From assembly GCA_964016885.1 (NCBI GenBank), contig OZ024741.1, positions 21,700,001 to 21,764,000 on the forward strand: a stretch of DNA of 64,000 bases, written 5' to 3'. Source of the DNA: Eledone cirrhosa (lineage: Eukaryota). Shown here piece by piece: positions 33,101 to 48,100 of this stretch (position 1 is the stretch's first letter; each line of letters opens with the position of its first letter). The translations under genes and the position numbers were made by a program. The notes beneath the pieces are model-generated. The model worked only from the letters and a program-made list of their open reading frames with translations. It was not told where the DNA came from and did no database searches.

Positions 33101-36100
33101 GTTCCTTGCTCTCTCAGTTCCAATCCCACCGAGAGATTGTCTCCTAGTATTAGTTCTGGTTCTCTGCTTTCTCAGTTCAAATCCCACCGTGAGAATGTCT
33201 CCTAGTATTAGTTCTGGTTCTCTGCCTTTTCAGTTCCAATCCCACCGAGAGATTGTCTCCTAGTATTAGTTCTGGTTCTCTACTCTCTCAGTTCCAATCC
33301 CACCAAGAGATTGTCTCCTAGTATTAGTTCTGGTTCTCTGCTTTCTCAGTTCCAATCCCACCGAGAGAATGTCTCCTAGTATTAGTTCTGGTTCTCTGCT
33401 TTCTCAGTTCCAATCCCACCGAGAGAATGTCTCCTAGTATTAGTTCTGGTTCTCTGCTTTCTCAGTTCCAATCCCACCGAGAGAATGTCTCCTAGTATTA
33501 GTTCTGGTTCTCTGCTCTCTCAGATCCAATCCCACCGAGAGATTGTCTCCTGGTATTAGTTCGGGTTCTCTGCTCTCTCAGTTCCAATCCCACCGAGAGA
33601 TTGTCTCCTAGTATTAGTTCTGGTTCTCTGCTTTCTCAGTTCCAATATCACCGAGAGAATGTCTCCTAGTATTAGTTCTGGTTCTCTGCTTTCTCAGTTC
33701 CAATCCCACCGAGATATTGTCTCCTAGTATTAGTTCTGGTTCTCTGCTTTCTCAGTCCCAATCCCACCGAGAGAATGTCTCCTAGTATTAGTTCTGGTTC
33801 TCTGCTCTCTCAGTTCCAATCCCACAGAGAGAATGTCTCCTCGTATTAGTTCTGGTTCTCTGCTTTCTCAGTTCCAATCCCACCGAAAGATTGTCTCCTA
33901 GTATTAGTTCTGGTTCTCTGCTCTCTCAGTTCCAATCCCACCGAGAGATTGTCTCCTAATATTAGTTCTGGTTCTCTGCTTTCTCAGTTCCAATCCCACC
34001 GAGAGATTGTCTCCTAGTATTAGTTCTGGTTCTCTGCTTTCTCAGTTCCAATCCCACCGAGAGATTGTCTCCTAGTATTAATTCTGGTTCTTTGCTTTCT
34101 CAGTTCCAATCCCACCGAGAGATTGTCTCCTATTATTAGTTCTGGTTCTCTGCTTTCTCAGTTCCAATCCCACCGAGAGATTGTCTCCTAGTGTTAGTTC
34201 TGGTTCTCTGCTCTCTCAATTCCAATCCCACCGAGAGAATGTCTCCTAGTATTAGTTCTGGTTCTCTGCTTTCTCAGTTCCAATCCCACCGAGAGAGTGT
34301 CTTCTAGTATTAGTTCTGGTTCTCTGCTTTCTCAGTTCAAATCCCACCGAGAGAATGTCTTCTAGTATTAGTTCTGGTTCTCTGCTTTCTCAGTTCCAAT
34401 CCCACCAAGAGATTGTCTCCTAGTATTAGTTCTGGTTCTCTGCTCTCTCAGTTCCAATCCCACAGAGAGAATGTCTCCTAGTATTAGGTCTGGTTCTCTG
34501 CTTTCTCAGTTCCAATCCCACCAAGAGATTGTCTCCTAGTATTAGTTCTGGTTCTCTGCTCTCTCAGTTCAATCCCACCAAGAGATTGTCTCCTAGTATT
34601 AGTTCTGGTTCTCTGCTTTCTCAGTTCAAATCCCACCAAGAGATTGTCTCCTAGTATTAGTTCTGGTTCTCTGCTCTCTCAGTTCCAATCCCACAGAGAG
34701 AATGTCTCCTAGTATTAGTTCTGGTTCTCTGCTTTCTCAGTTCCAATCCCACCAAGAGATTGTCTCCTAGTATTAGTTCTGGTTCTCTGCTCTCTCAGTT
34801 CAAATACCACCGAGAGAATGTCTCCTAGTATTAGTTCTGGTTCTCTGCTTTCTCAGTTCCAATCCCACCAAGAGATTGTCTCCTAGTATTAGTTCTGGTT
34901 CTCTGCTTTCTCAGTTCAAATCCCACCGAGAGAATGTCTCCTAGTATTAGTTCTGGTTCTCTGCTCTCTCAGTTCCAATCCCACCGAGAGAATGTCTCCT
35001 AGTATTAGTTCTGGTTCTCTGCTTTCTCAGTTCCAATCCCACCGAGAGAATGTCTTCTAGTATTAGTTCTGGTTCTCTGCTTTGTCAGTTCAAATCCCAC
35101 CAAGAGATTGTCTCCTGGTATTAGTTCTGTTACTCTGCTTTCTCAGTTCCAATCCCACCGAGAGAATGTCTCCTAATATTAGTTCTGGTTCTTTGCTTTC
35201 TCAGCTCCAATCCCACCGAGAGAATGTCTCCTAGTATTAGTTCTGGTTCTCTGCTCTCTCAGTTCCAATCCCACCGAGAGAATGTCTCCTAGTATTAGTT
35301 CTGGTTCTCTGCTCTGTCAGTTCCAATCCCACCGAGAGAATGTCTCCTAGTATTAGTTCTGGTTCTCTGCTCTCTCAGTTCCAATCCCACCGAGAGAATG
35401 TCTCCTAGTATTAGTTCTGGTTCTCTGCTCTCTCAGTTCCAATCCCACCGAGAGAATGTCTCCTAGTATTAGTTCTGGTTCTCTGCTTTCTCAGTTCCAA
35501 TCCCACCGAGAGAATGTCTCCTAGTATTAGTTCTGGTTCTCTGCTCTCTCAGTTCCAATCCCACCGAGAGAATGTCTCCTAGTATTAGTTCTGGTTCTCT
35601 GCTTTCTCAGTTCCAATCCCACCGAGAGAATGTCTCCTAGTATTAGTTCTGGTTCTCTGCTCTCTCAGTTCCAATCCCACCGAGAGAATGTCTCCTAGTA
35701 TTAGTTCTGGTTCTCTGCTCTCTCAGTTCCAATCCCACCGAGAGATTGTCTCCTGGTATTAGTTCTGGTTCTCTGCTTTCTCAGTTCAAATCCCACCGAG
35801 AGAATGTCTCCTAGTATTAGTTCTGGTTCTCTGCTCTCTCAGTTCCAATCCCACCGAGAGATTGTCTCCTAGTATTAGTTCTGGTTCTCTGCTTTCTCAG
35901 TTCAAATCCCACCAAGAGATTGTCTCCTAGTATTAGTTCTGGTTCTCTGCTCTCTCAGTTCCAATCCCACCGAGAGATTGTCTCCTGGTATTAGTTCTGG
36001 TTCTCTGCTCTCTCAGTTCCAATCCCACCGAGAGAATGTCTCCTAGTATTAGTTCTGGTTCTCTGCTCTCTCAGTTCCAATCCCACCGAGAGATTGTCTC

Positions 36101-39100
36101 CTAGTATTAGTTCTGGTTCTCTGCTCTCTCAGTTCCAATCCCACCGAGAGATTGTCTCCTAGTATTAGTTCTGGTTCTCTGCTTTCTCAGTTCAAATCCC
36201 ACCAAGAGATTGTCTCCTAGTATTAGTTCTGGTTCTCTGCTTTCTCAGTTCAAATCCCACCGAGAGAATGTCTCCTAGTATTAGTTCTGGTTCTCTGCCT
36301 TTTCAGTTCCAATCCCACCGAGAGATTGTCTCCTAGTATTAGTTCTGGTTCTCTGCTCTCTCAGTTCCAATCCCACCAAGAGATTGTCTCCTAGTATTAG
36401 TTCTGGTTCTCTGCTCTCTCAGTTCCAATCCCACCAAGAGATTGTCTCCTAGTATTAGTTCTGGTTCTCTGCTTTCTCAGTTCCAATCCCACCAAGAGAT
36501 TGTCTCCTAGTATTAGTTCTGGTTCTCTGCCTTTTCAGTTCCAATCCCACCGAGAGATTGTCTCCTAGTATTAGTTCTGGTTCTCTGCTCTCTCAGTTCC
36601 AATCCCACCGAGAGAATGTCTCCTAGTATTAGTTCTGGTTCTCTGCTTTCTCAGTTCCAATCCCACCAAGAGATTGTCTCCTAGTATTAGTTCTGGTTCT
36701 CTGCTTTCTCAGTTCAAATACCACCGAGAGAATGTCTCCTAGTATTAGTTCTGGTTCTCTGCTTTCTCAGTTCCAATCCCACCAAGAGATTGTCTCCTAG
36801 TATTAGTTCTGGTTCTCTGCTTTCTCAGTTCAAATCCCACCGAGAGAATGTCTCCTAGTATTAGTTCTGGTTCTCTGCTCTCTCAGTTCCAATCCCACCG
36901 AGAGAATGTCTCCTAGTATTAGTTCTGGTTCTCTGCTTTCTCAGTTCCAATCCCACCGAGAGAATGTCTTCTAGTATTAGTTCTGGTTCTCTGCTTTGTC
37001 AGTTCAAATCCCACCGAGAGATTGTCTCCTGGTATTAGTTCTGTTACTCTGCTTTCTCAGTTCCAATCCCACCGAGAGAATGTCTCCTAATATTAGTTCT
37101 GGTTCTTTGCTTTCTCAGCTCCAATCCCACCGAGAGAATGTCTCCTAGTATTAGTTCTGGTTCTGTGCTCTCTCAGTTCCAATCCCACCGAGAGAATGTC
37201 TCCTAGTATTAGTTCTGGTTCTCTGCTCTCTCAGTTCCAATCCCACCGAGAGAATGTCTCCTAGTATTAGTTCTGATTCTCTGCTTTCTCAGTTCCAATC
37301 CCACCGAGAGAATGTCTCCTAGTATTAGTTCTGGTTCTCTGCTCTCTCAGTTCCAATCCCACCGAGAGAATGTCTCCTAGTATTAGTTCTGGTTCTCTGC
37401 TCTCTCAGTTCCAATCCCACCGAGAGAATGTCTCCTAGTATTAGTTCTGGTTCTCTGCTCTCTCAGTTCCAATCCCACCGAGAGAATGTCTCCTAGTATT
37501 AGTTCTGGTTCTCTGCTCTCTCAGTTCCAATCCCACCGAGAGAATGTCTCCTAGTATTAGTTCTGGTTCTCTGCTCTCTCAGTTCCAATCCCACCGAGAG
37601 AATGTCTCCTAGTATTAGTTCTGGTTCTCTGCTTTCTCAGTTCCAATCCCACCGAGAGAATGTCTCCTAGTATTAGTTCTGGTTCTCTGCTCTCTCAGTT
37701 CCAATCCCACCGAGAGAATGTCTCCTAGTATTAGTTCTGGTTCTCTGCTTTCTCAGTTCCAATCCCACCGAGAGAATGTCTCCTAGTATTAGTTCTGGTT
37801 CTCTGCTCTCTCAGTTCCAATCCCACCGAGAGAATGTCTCCTAGTATTAGTTCTGGTTCTCTGCTCTCTCAGTTCCAATCCCACCGAGAGAATGTCTCCT
37901 AGTATTAGTTCTGGTTCCTTGCTCTCTCAGTTCCAATCCCACCGAGAGATTGTCTCCTAGTATTAGTTCTGGTTCTCTGCTTTCTCAGTTCAAATCCCAC
38001 CGTGAGAATGTCTCCTAGTATTAGTTCTGGTTCTCTGCCTTTTCAGTTCCAATCCCACCGAGAGATTGTCTCCTAGTATTAGTTCTGGTTCTCTACTCTC
38101 TCAGTTCCAATCCCACCAAGAGATTGTCTCCTAGTATTAGTTCTGGTTCTCTGCTTTCTCAGTTCCAATCCCACCGAGAGAATGTCTCCTAGTATTAGTT
38201 CTGGTTCTCTGCTTTCTCAGTTCCAATCCCACCGAGAGAATGTCTCCTAGTATTAGTTCTGGTTCTCTGCTTTCTCAGTTCCAATCCCACCGAGAGAATG
38301 TCTCCTAGTATTAGTTCTGGTTCTCTGCTCTCTCAGATCCAATCCCACCGAGAGATTGTCTCCTGGTATTAGTTCGGGTTCTCTGCTCTCTCAGTTCCAA
38401 TCCCACCGAGAGATTGTCTCCTAGTATTAGTTCTGGTTCTCTGCTTTCTCAGTTCCAATATCACCGAGAGAATGTCTCCTAGTATTAGTTCTGGTTCTCT
38501 GCTTTCTCAGTTCCAATCCCACCGAGATATTGTCTCCTAGTATTAGTTCTGGTTCTCTGCTTTCTCAGTCCCAATCCCACCGAGAGAATGTCTCCTAGTA
38601 TTAGTTCTGGTTCTCTGCTCTCTCAGTTCCAATCCCACAGAGAGAATGTCTCCTCGTATTAGTTCTGGTTCTCTGCTTTCTCAGTTCCAATCCCACCGAA
38701 AGATTGTCTCCTAGTATTAGTTCTGGTTCTCTGCTCTCTCAGTTCCAATCCCACCGAGAGATTGTCTCCTAATATTAGTTCTGGTTCTCTGCTTTCTCAG
38801 TTCCAATCCCACCGAGAGATTGTCTCCTAGTATTAGTTCTGGTTCTCTGCTTTCTCAGTTCCAATCCCACCGAGAGATTGTCTCCTAGTATTAATTCTGG
38901 TTCTTTGCTTTCTCAGTTCCAATCCCACCGAGAGATTGTCTCCTATTATTAGTTCTGGTTCTCTGCTTTCTCAGTTCCAATCCCACCGAGAGATTGTCTC
39001 CTAGTGTTAGTTCTGGTTCTCTGCTCTCTCAATTCCAATCCCACCGAGAGAATGTCTCCTAGTATTAGTTCTGGTTCTCTGCTTTCTCAGTTCCAATCCC

Positions 39101-42100
39101 ACCGAGAGAGTGTCTTCTAGTATTAGTTCTGGTTCTCTGCTTTCTCAGTTCAAATCCCACCGAGAGAATGTCTTCTAGTATTAGTTCTGGTTCTCTGCTT
39201 TCTCAGTTCAAATCCCACCGAGAGATTGTCTCCTGGTATTAGTTCTGGTACTCTGCTTTCTCAGTTCCAATCCCACCAAGAGAATGTCTCCTAGTATTAG
39301 TTCTTGTTCTCTGCTTTCTCAGTTCCAATCCCACCGAGAGAATGTCTCCTAGTATTAGTTCTGGTTATCTGCTCTCTCATTTCCAATCCCACCGAGAGAA
39401 TGTCTCCTAGTATTAGTTCTGGTTCTCTGCTTTCTCAGTTCCAATCCCACCAAGAGAATGTCTCCTAGTATTAGTTCTGGTTCTCTGCTTTCTCAGTTCA
39501 AATTCCACCGAGAGAATGTCTTCTAGTATTAGTTCTGGTTCTCTGCTTTCCCCGTTCAAATCCCACCGAGAGATTGTCTCCTGGTATTAGTTCTGGTACT
39601 CTGTTTTCTCAATTCAAATCCCACCGAGAGATTGTCTCCTAGTATTAATTCTGGTTCTCTGCTCTCTCAGTTCCAATCCCACCGAGAGAATGTCTCCTAG
39701 TATTAGTTCTGGTTCTCTGCTTTTTCAGTTCCAATCCCACCGAGAGATTGTCTCCTAGTATTAGTTCTGGTTCTCTGCTCTCTCAGTTCCAATCCCACTG
39801 AGTGAATGTCTCCTAGTATTAGTTCTGGTTCTCTGCTTTTTCAGTTCCAATCCCACCGAGAGAATGTCTCCTAGTATTAGTTCTGGTTCTCTGCTTTCTC
39901 AGTTCCAATCCCACCGAGAGATTGTCTCCTAGTATTAGTTCTGGTTCTCTGCTCTCTCAGTTCCAATCCCACCGAGAGATTGTCTCCTAGTATTAGTTCT
40001 GGTTCTCTGCTCTCTCAGTTCCAATCCCACCAAGAGAATGTCTCCTAGTATTAGTTCTGGTTCTCTGCTTTCTCAGTTCCAATCCCACCAAGAGATTGTC
40101 TCCTAGTATTAGTTCTGGTTCTCTGCTTTCTCAGTTCCAATCCCACCAAGAGATTGTCTCCTAGTATTAGTTCTGGTTCTCTGCTTTCTCTGTTCCAATC
40201 CCACCAAGAGATTGTCTCCTAGTATTAGTTCTGGTTCTCTGCTTTCTCAGTTCCAATCCCACCAAGAGATTGTCTCCTAGTATTAGTTCTGGTTCTCTGC
40301 TTTCTCAGTTCCAATCCCACCAAGAGATTGTCTCCTAGTATTAGTTCTGGTTCTCTGCTTTCTCTGTTCCAATCCCACCAAGAGATTGTCTCCTAGTATT
40401 AGTTCTGGTTCTCTGCTTTCTCAGTTCCAATCCCACCAAGAGATTGTCTCCTAGTATTAGTTCTGGTTCTCTGCTTTCTCAGTTCCAATCCCACCAAGAG
40501 ATTGTCTCCTAGTATTAGTTCTGGTTCTCTGCTTTCTCAGTTCCAATCCCACCAAGAGATTGTCTCCTAGTATTAGTTCTGGTTCTCTGCTTTCTCAGTT
40601 CCAATCCCACCGAGAGAATGTCTCCTAGTATTAGTTCTGGTTCTCTGCTCTCTCAGTTCCAATCCCACCGAGAGAATGTCTCCTAGTATTAGTTCTGGTT
40701 CTCTGCTCTCTCAGTTCCAATCCCACCGAGAGAATGTCTCCTAGTATTAGTTCTGGTTCTCTGCTTTCTCAGTTCCAATCCCACTGAGAGATTGTCTCCT
40801 AGTATTAGTTCTGGTTCTCTGCTCTCTCAGTTCCAATCCCACCGAGAGAATGTCTCCTAGTATTAGTTCTGGTTCTCTGCTTTCTCAGTTCCAATCCCAC
40901 CGAAAGATTATCTTCTGGTATTAGTTCTGGTTCTCTGCTCTCTCAGTTCCAATCCCACCGAGAGAATGTCTCCTAGTATTAGTTCTGGTTCTCTGCTTTC
41001 TCAGTTCCAATCCCACCGAGAGAATGTCTCCTAGTATTAGTTCTGGTTCTCTGCTTTCTCAGTTCCAATCCCACCGAAAGATTGTCTCCTGGTATTAGTT
41101 CTGGTTCTCTGCTCTCTCAGTTCCAATCCCACCGAGAGATTGTCTCCTAATATTAGTTCTGGTTCTCTGCTTTCTCAGTTCCAATCCCACCGAGAGATTG
41201 TCTCCTAGTATTAGTTCTGGTTCTCTGCTTTCTCAGTTCCAATCCCATCGAGAGATTGTCTCCTAGTATTAATTCTGGTTCTTTGCTTTCTCAGTTCCAA
41301 TCCCACCGAGAGATTGTCTCCTATTATTAGTTCTGGTTCTCTGCTTTTTCAGTTCCAATCCCACCGAGAGATTGTCTCCTAGTATTAGTTCTGGTTCTCT
41401 GCTCTCTCAGTTCCAATCCCACCGAGAGAATGTCTCCTAGTATTAGTTCTGGTTCTCTGCTTTCTCAGTTCCAATCCCACCGAGAGATTGTCTCCTAGTA
41501 TTAGTTCTGGTTCTCTGCTCTCTCAGTTCCAATCCCACCGAGAGATTGTCTCCTAATATTAGTTCTGGTTCTCTGCTTTCTCAGTTCCAATCCCACCGAG
41601 AGATTGTCTCCTAGTATTAGTTCTGGTTCTCTGCTTTCTCAGTTCCAATCCCACCGAGAGATTATCTCCTAGTATTAATTCCGGTTCTTTGCTTTCTCAG
41701 TTCCAATCCCACCGAGAGATTGTCTCCTATTATTAGTTCTGGTTCTCTGCTTTTTCAGTTCCAATCCCACCGAGAGATTGTCTCCTAGTATTAGTTCTGG
41801 TTCTCTGCTCTCTCAGTTCCAATCCCACCGAGAGAATGTCTCCTAGTATTAGTTCTGGTTCTCTGCTTTTTCAGTTCCAATCCCACCGAGAGAATGTCTC
41901 CTAGTATTAGTTCTGGTTCTCTGCTTTCTCAGTTCCAATCCCACCGAGAGATTGTCTCCTAGTATTAGTTCTGGTTCTCTGCTCTCTCAGTTCCAATCCC
42001 ACCGAGAGAATGTCTCCTAGTATTAGTTCTGGTTCTCTGCTTTCTCAGTTCCAATCCCACCAAGAGATTGTCTCCTAGTATTAGTTCTGGTTCTCTGCTT

Positions 42101-45100
42101 TCTCAGTTCCATTCCCACCGAGAGATTGTCTCCTAGTATTAGTTCTGGTTCTCTGCTTTCTCAGTTCCAATCCCACCGAGAGATTGTCTCCTCGTATTAG
42201 TTCTGGTTCTCTGCTTTCTCAGTTCCAATCCCACCGAGAGATTGTCTCCTAGTATTAGTTCTGGTTCTCTGCTCTCTCAGTTCCAATCCCACCGAGAGAA
42301 TGTCTCCTAGTATTAGTTCTGGTTCTCTGCTTTTTCAGTTCCAATCCCACCGAGAGATTGTCTGCTAGTATTAGTTCTGGTTCTCTGCTCTCTCATTTCC
42401 AATCCCACCGAGAGATTGTCTCCTGGTATTAGTTCTGGTTCTCTGCTCTCTCAGTTCCAATCCCACCGAGAGAATGTCTCCTAGTATTAGTTCTGGTTCT
42501 CTGCTTTCTCAGTTCCAATCCCACCGAGAGAATGTCTCCTAGTATTAGTTCTGGTTCTCTGCTCTCTCATTTCCAATCCCACCGAGAGAATGTCTCCTAG
42601 TATTAGTTCTGGTTCTCTGCTTTCTCAGTTCCAATCCCACCAAGAGAATGTCTCCTAGTATTAGTTCTGGTTCTCTGCTTTCTCAGTTCAAATTCCACCG
42701 AGAGAATGTCTTCTAGTATTAGTTCTGGTTCTCTGCTTTCCCCGTTCAAATCCCACCGAGAGATTGTCTCCTGGTATTAGTTCTGGTACTCTGTTTTCTC
42801 AATTCAAATCCCACCGAGAGATTGTCTCCTAGTATTAATTCTGGTTCTCTGCTCTCTCAGTTCCAATCCCACCGAGAGAATGTCTCCTAGTATTAGTTCT
42901 GGTTCTCTGCTTTTTCAGTTCCAATCCCACCGAGAGATTGTCTCCTAGTATTAGTTCTGGTTCTCTGCTCTCTCAGTTCCAATCCCACTGAGTGAATGTC
43001 TCCTAGTATTAGTTCTGGTTCTCTGCTTTTTCAGTTCCAATCCCACCGAGAGAATGTCTCCTAGTATTAGTTCTGGTTCTCTGCTTTCTCAGTTCCAATC
43101 CCACCGAGAGATTGTCTCCTAGTATTAGTTCTGGTTCTCTGCTCTCTCAGTTCCAATCCCACCGAGAGATTGTCTCCTAGTATTAGTTCTGGTTCTCTGC
43201 TCTCTCAGTTCCAATCCCACCAAGAGAATGTCTCCTAGTATTAGTTCTGGTTCTCTGCTTTCTCAGTTCCAATCCCACCAAGAGATTGTCTCCTAGTATT
43301 AGTTCTGGTTCTCTGCTTTCTCAGTTCCAATCCCACCAAGAGATTGTCTCCTAGTATTAGTTCTGGTTCTCTGCTTTCTCTGTTCCAATCCCACCAAGAG
43401 ATTGTCTCCTAGTATTAGTTCTGGTTCTCTGCTTTCTCAGTTCCAATCCCACCAAGAGATTGTCTCCTAGTATTAGTTCTGGTTCTCTGCTTTCTCAGTT
43501 CCAATCCCACCAAGAGATTGTCTCCTAGAATTAGTTCTGGTTCTCTGCTTTCTCAGTTCCAATCCCACCGAGAGAATGTCTCCTAGTATTAGTTCTGGTT
43601 CTCTGCTCTCTCAGTTCCAATCCCACCGAGAGAATGTCTCCTATTATTAGTTCTGGTTCTCTGCTCTCTCAGTTCCAATCCCACCGAGAGAATGTCTCCT
43701 AGTATTAGTTCTGGTTCTCTGCTTTCTCAGTTCCAATCCCACTGAGAGATTGTCTCCTAGTATTAGTTCTGGTTCTCTGCTCTCTCAGTTCCAATCCCAC
43801 CGAGAGAATGTCTCCTAGTATTAGTTCTGGTTCTCTGCTTTCTCAGTTCCAATCCCACCGAAAGATTATCTTCTGGTATTAGTTCTGGTTCTCTGCTCTC
43901 TCAGTTCCAATCCCACCGAGAGAATGTCTCCTAGTATTAGTTCTGGTTCTCTGCTTTCTCAGTTCCAATCCCACCGAGAGAATGTCTCCTAGTATTAGTT
44001 CTGGTTCTCTGCTTTCTCAGTTCCAATCCCACCGAAAGATTGTCTCCTGGTATTAGTTCTGGTTCTCTGCTCTCTCAGTTCCAATCCCACCGAGAGATTG
44101 TCTCCTAATATTAGTTCTGGTTCTCTGCTTTCTCAGTTCCAATCCCACCGAGAGATTGTCTCCTAGTATTAGTTCTGGTTCTCTGCTTTCTCAGTTCCAA
44201 TCCCACCGAGAGATTGTCTCCTAGTATTAATTCTGGTTCTTTGCTTTCTCAGTTCCAATCCCACCGAGAGATTGTCTCCTATTATTAGTTCTGGTTCTCT
44301 GCTTTTTCAGTTCCAATCCCACCGAGAGATTGTCTCCTAGTATTAGTTCTTGTTCTCTGCTCTCTCAGTTCCAATCCCACCGAGAGAATGTCTCCTAGTA
44401 TTAGTTCTGGTTCTCTGCTTTCTCAGTTCCAATCCCACCGAGAGATTGTCTCCTAGTATTAGTTCTGGTTCTCTGCTCTCTCAGTTCCAATCCCACCGAG
44501 AGAATGTCTCCTAGTATTAGTTCTGGTTCTCTGCTTTCTCAGTTCCAATCCCACCAAGAGATTGTCTCCTAGTATTAGTTCTGGTTCTCTGCTTTCTCAG
44601 TTCCATTCCCACCGAGAGATTGTCTCCTAGTATTAGTTCTGGTTCTCTGCTTTCTCAGTTCCAATCCCACCGAGAGATTGTCTCCTCGTATTAGTTCTGG
44701 TTCTCTGCTTTCTCAGTTCCAATCCCACCGAGAGATTGTCTCCTAGTATTAGTTCTGGTTCTCTGCTCTCTCAGTTCCAATCCCACTGAGAGAATGTCTC
44801 CTAGTATTAGTTCTGGTTCTCTGCTTTTTCAGTTCCAATCCCACCGAGAGATTGTCTGCTAGTATTAGTTCTGGTTCTCTGCTCTCTCATTTCCAATCCC
44901 ACCGAGAGATTGTCTCCTGGTATTAGTTCTGGTTCTCTGCTCTCTCAGTTCCAATCCCACCGAGAGAATGTCTCCTAGTATTAGTTCTGGTTCTCTGCTT
45001 TCTCAGTTCCAATCCCACCGAGAGAATGTCTCCTAGTATTAGTTCTGGTTCTCTGCTCTCTCATTTCCAATCCCACCGAGAGAATGTCTCCTAGTATTAG

Positions 45101-48100
45101 TTCTGGTTCTCTGCTTTCTCAGTTCCAATCCCACCAAGAGAATGTCTCCTAGTATTAGTTCTGGTTCTCTGCTTTCTCAGTTCAAATTCCACCGAGAGAA
45201 TGTCTTCTAGTATTAGTTCTGGTTCTCTGCTTTCCCCGTTCAAATCCCACCGAGAGATTGTCTCCTGGTATTAGTTCTGGTACTCTGTTTTCTCAATTCA
45301 AATCCCACCGAGAGATTGTCTCCTAGTATTAATTCTGGTTCTCTGCTCTCTCAGTTCCAATCCCACCGAGAGAATGTCTCCTAGTATTAGTTCTGGTTCT
45401 CTGCTTTTTCAGTTCCAATCCCACCGAGAGATTGTCTCCTAGTATTAGTTCTGGTTCTCTGCTCTCTCAGTTCCAATCCCACTGAGTGAATGTCTCCTAG
45501 TATTAGTTCTGGTTCTCTGCTTTTTCAGTTCCAATCCCACCGAGAGAATGTCTCCTAGTATTAGTTCTGGTTCTCTGCTTTCTCAGTTCCAATCCCACCG
45601 AGAGATTGTCTCCTAGTATTAGTTCTGGTTCTCTGCTCTCTCAGTTCCAATCCCACCGAGAGATTGTCTCCTAGTATTAGTTCTGGTTCTCTGCTCTCTC
45701 AGTTCCAATCCCACCAAGAGAATGTCTCCTAGTATTAGTTCTGGTTCTCTGCTTTCTCAGTTCCAATCCCACCAAGAGATTGTCTCCTAGTATTAGTTCT
45801 GGTTCTCTGCTTTCTCAGTTCCAATCCCACCAAGAGATTGTCTCCTAGTATTAGTTCTGGTTCTCTGCTTTCTCTGTTCCAATCCCACCAAGAGATTGTC
45901 TCCTAGTATTAGTTCTGGTTCTCTGCTTTCTCAGTTCCAATCCCACCAAGAGATTGTCTCCTAGTATTAGTTCTGGTTCTCTGCTTTCTCAGTTCCAATC
46001 CCACCAAGAGATTGTCTCCTAGAATTAGTTCTGGTTCTCTGCTTTCTCAGTTCCAATCCCACCGAGAGAATGTCTCCTAGTATTAGTTCTGGTTCTCTGC
46101 TCTCTCAGTTCCAATCCCACCGAGAGAATGTCTCCTAGTATTAGTTCTGGTTCTCTGCTCTCTCAGTTCCAATCCCACCGAGAGAATGTCTCCTAGTATT
46201 AGTTCTGGTTCTCTGCTTTCTCAGTTCCAATCCCACTGAGAGATTGTCTCCTAGTATTAGTTCTGGTTCTCTGCTCTCTCAGTTCCAATCCCACCGAGAG
46301 AATGTCTCCTAGTATTAGTTCTGGTTCTCTGCTTTCTCAGTTCCAATCCCACCGAAAGATTATCTTCTGGTATTAGTTCTGGTTCTCTGCTCTCTCAGTT
46401 CCAATCCCACCGAGAGAATGTCTCCTAGTATTAGTTCTGGTTCTCTGCTTTCTCAGTTCCAATCCCACCGAGAGAATGTCTCCTAGTATTAGTTCTGGTT
46501 CTCTGCTTTCTCAGTTCCAATCCCACCGAAAGATTGTCTCCTGGTATTAGTTCTGGTTCTCTGCTCTCTCAGTTCCAATCCCACCGAGAGATTGTCTCCT
46601 AATATTAGTTCTGGTTCTCTGCTTTCTCAGTTCCAATCCCACCGAGAGATTGTCTCCTAGTATTAGTTCTGGTTCTCTGCTTTCTCAGTTCCAATCCCAC
46701 CGAGAGATTGTCTCCTAGTATTAATTCTGGTTCTTTGCTTTCTCAGTTCCAATCCCACCGAGAGATTGTCTCCTATTATTAGTTCTGGTTCTCTGCTTTT
46801 TCAGTTCCAATCCCACCGAGAGATTGTCTCCTAGTATTAGTTCTTGTTCTCTGCTCTCTCAGTTCCAATCCCACCGAGAGAATGTCTCCTAGTATTAGTT
46901 CTGGTTCTCTGCTTTCTCAGTTCCAATCCCACTGAGAGATTGTCTCCTAGTATTAGTTCTGGTTCTCTGCTCTCTCAGTTCCAATCCCACCGAGAGATTG
47001 TCTCCTAATATTAGTTCTGGTTCTCTGCTTTCTCAGTTCCAATCCCACCGAGAGATTGTCTCCTAGTATTAGTTCTGGTTCTCTGCTTTCTCAGTTCCAA
47101 TCCCACCGAGAGATTATCTCCTAGTATTAATTCTGGTTCTTTGCTTTCTCAGTTCCAATCCCACCGAGAGATTGTCTCCTATTATTAGTTCTGGTTCTCT
47201 GCTTTTTCAGTTCCAATCCCACCGAGAGATTGTCTCCTAGTATTAGTTCTGGTTCTCTGCTCTCTCAGTTCCAATCCCACCGAGAGAATGTCTCCTAGTA
47301 TTAGTTCTGGTTCTCTGCTTTTTCAGTTCCAATCCCACCGAGAGAATGTCTCCTAGTATTAGTTCTGGTTCTCTGCTTTCTCAGTTCCAATCCCACCGAG
47401 AGATTGTCTCCTAGTATTAGTTCTGGTTCTCTGCTCTCTCAGTTCCAATCCCACCGAGAGAATGTCTCCTAGTATTAGTTCTGGTTCTCTGCTTTCTCAG
47501 TTCCAATCCCACCAAGAGATTGTCTCCTAGTATTAGTTCTGGTTCTCTGCTTTCTCAGTTCCATTCCCACCGAGAGATTGTCTCCTAGTATTAGTTCTGG
47601 TTCTCTGCTTTCTCAGTTCCAATCCCACCGAGAGATTGTCTCCTCGTATTAGTTCTGGTTCTCTGCTTTCTCAGTTCCAATCCCACCGAGAGATTGTCTC
47701 CTAGGATTAGTTCTGGTTCTCTGCTCTCTCAGTTCCAATCCCACCGAGAGAATGTCTCCTAGTATTAGTTCTGGTTCTCTGCTTTTTCAGTTCCAATCCC
47801 ACCGAGAGATTGTCTGCTAGTATTAGTTCTGGTTCTCTGCTCTCTCAGTTCCAATCCCACCGAGAGATTGTCTCCTGGTATTAGTTCTGGTTCTCTGCTC
47901 TCTCAGTTCCAATCCCACCGAGAGAATGTCTCCTAGTATTAGTTCTGGTTCTCTGCTTTCTCAGTTCCAATCCCACCGAGAGAATGTCTCCTAGTATTAG
48001 TTCTGGTTCTCTGCTCTCTCAGTTCCAATCCCACCGAGAGAATGTCTCCTAGTATTAGTTCTGGTTCTCTGCTTTCTCAGTTCCAATCCCACCGAGAGAA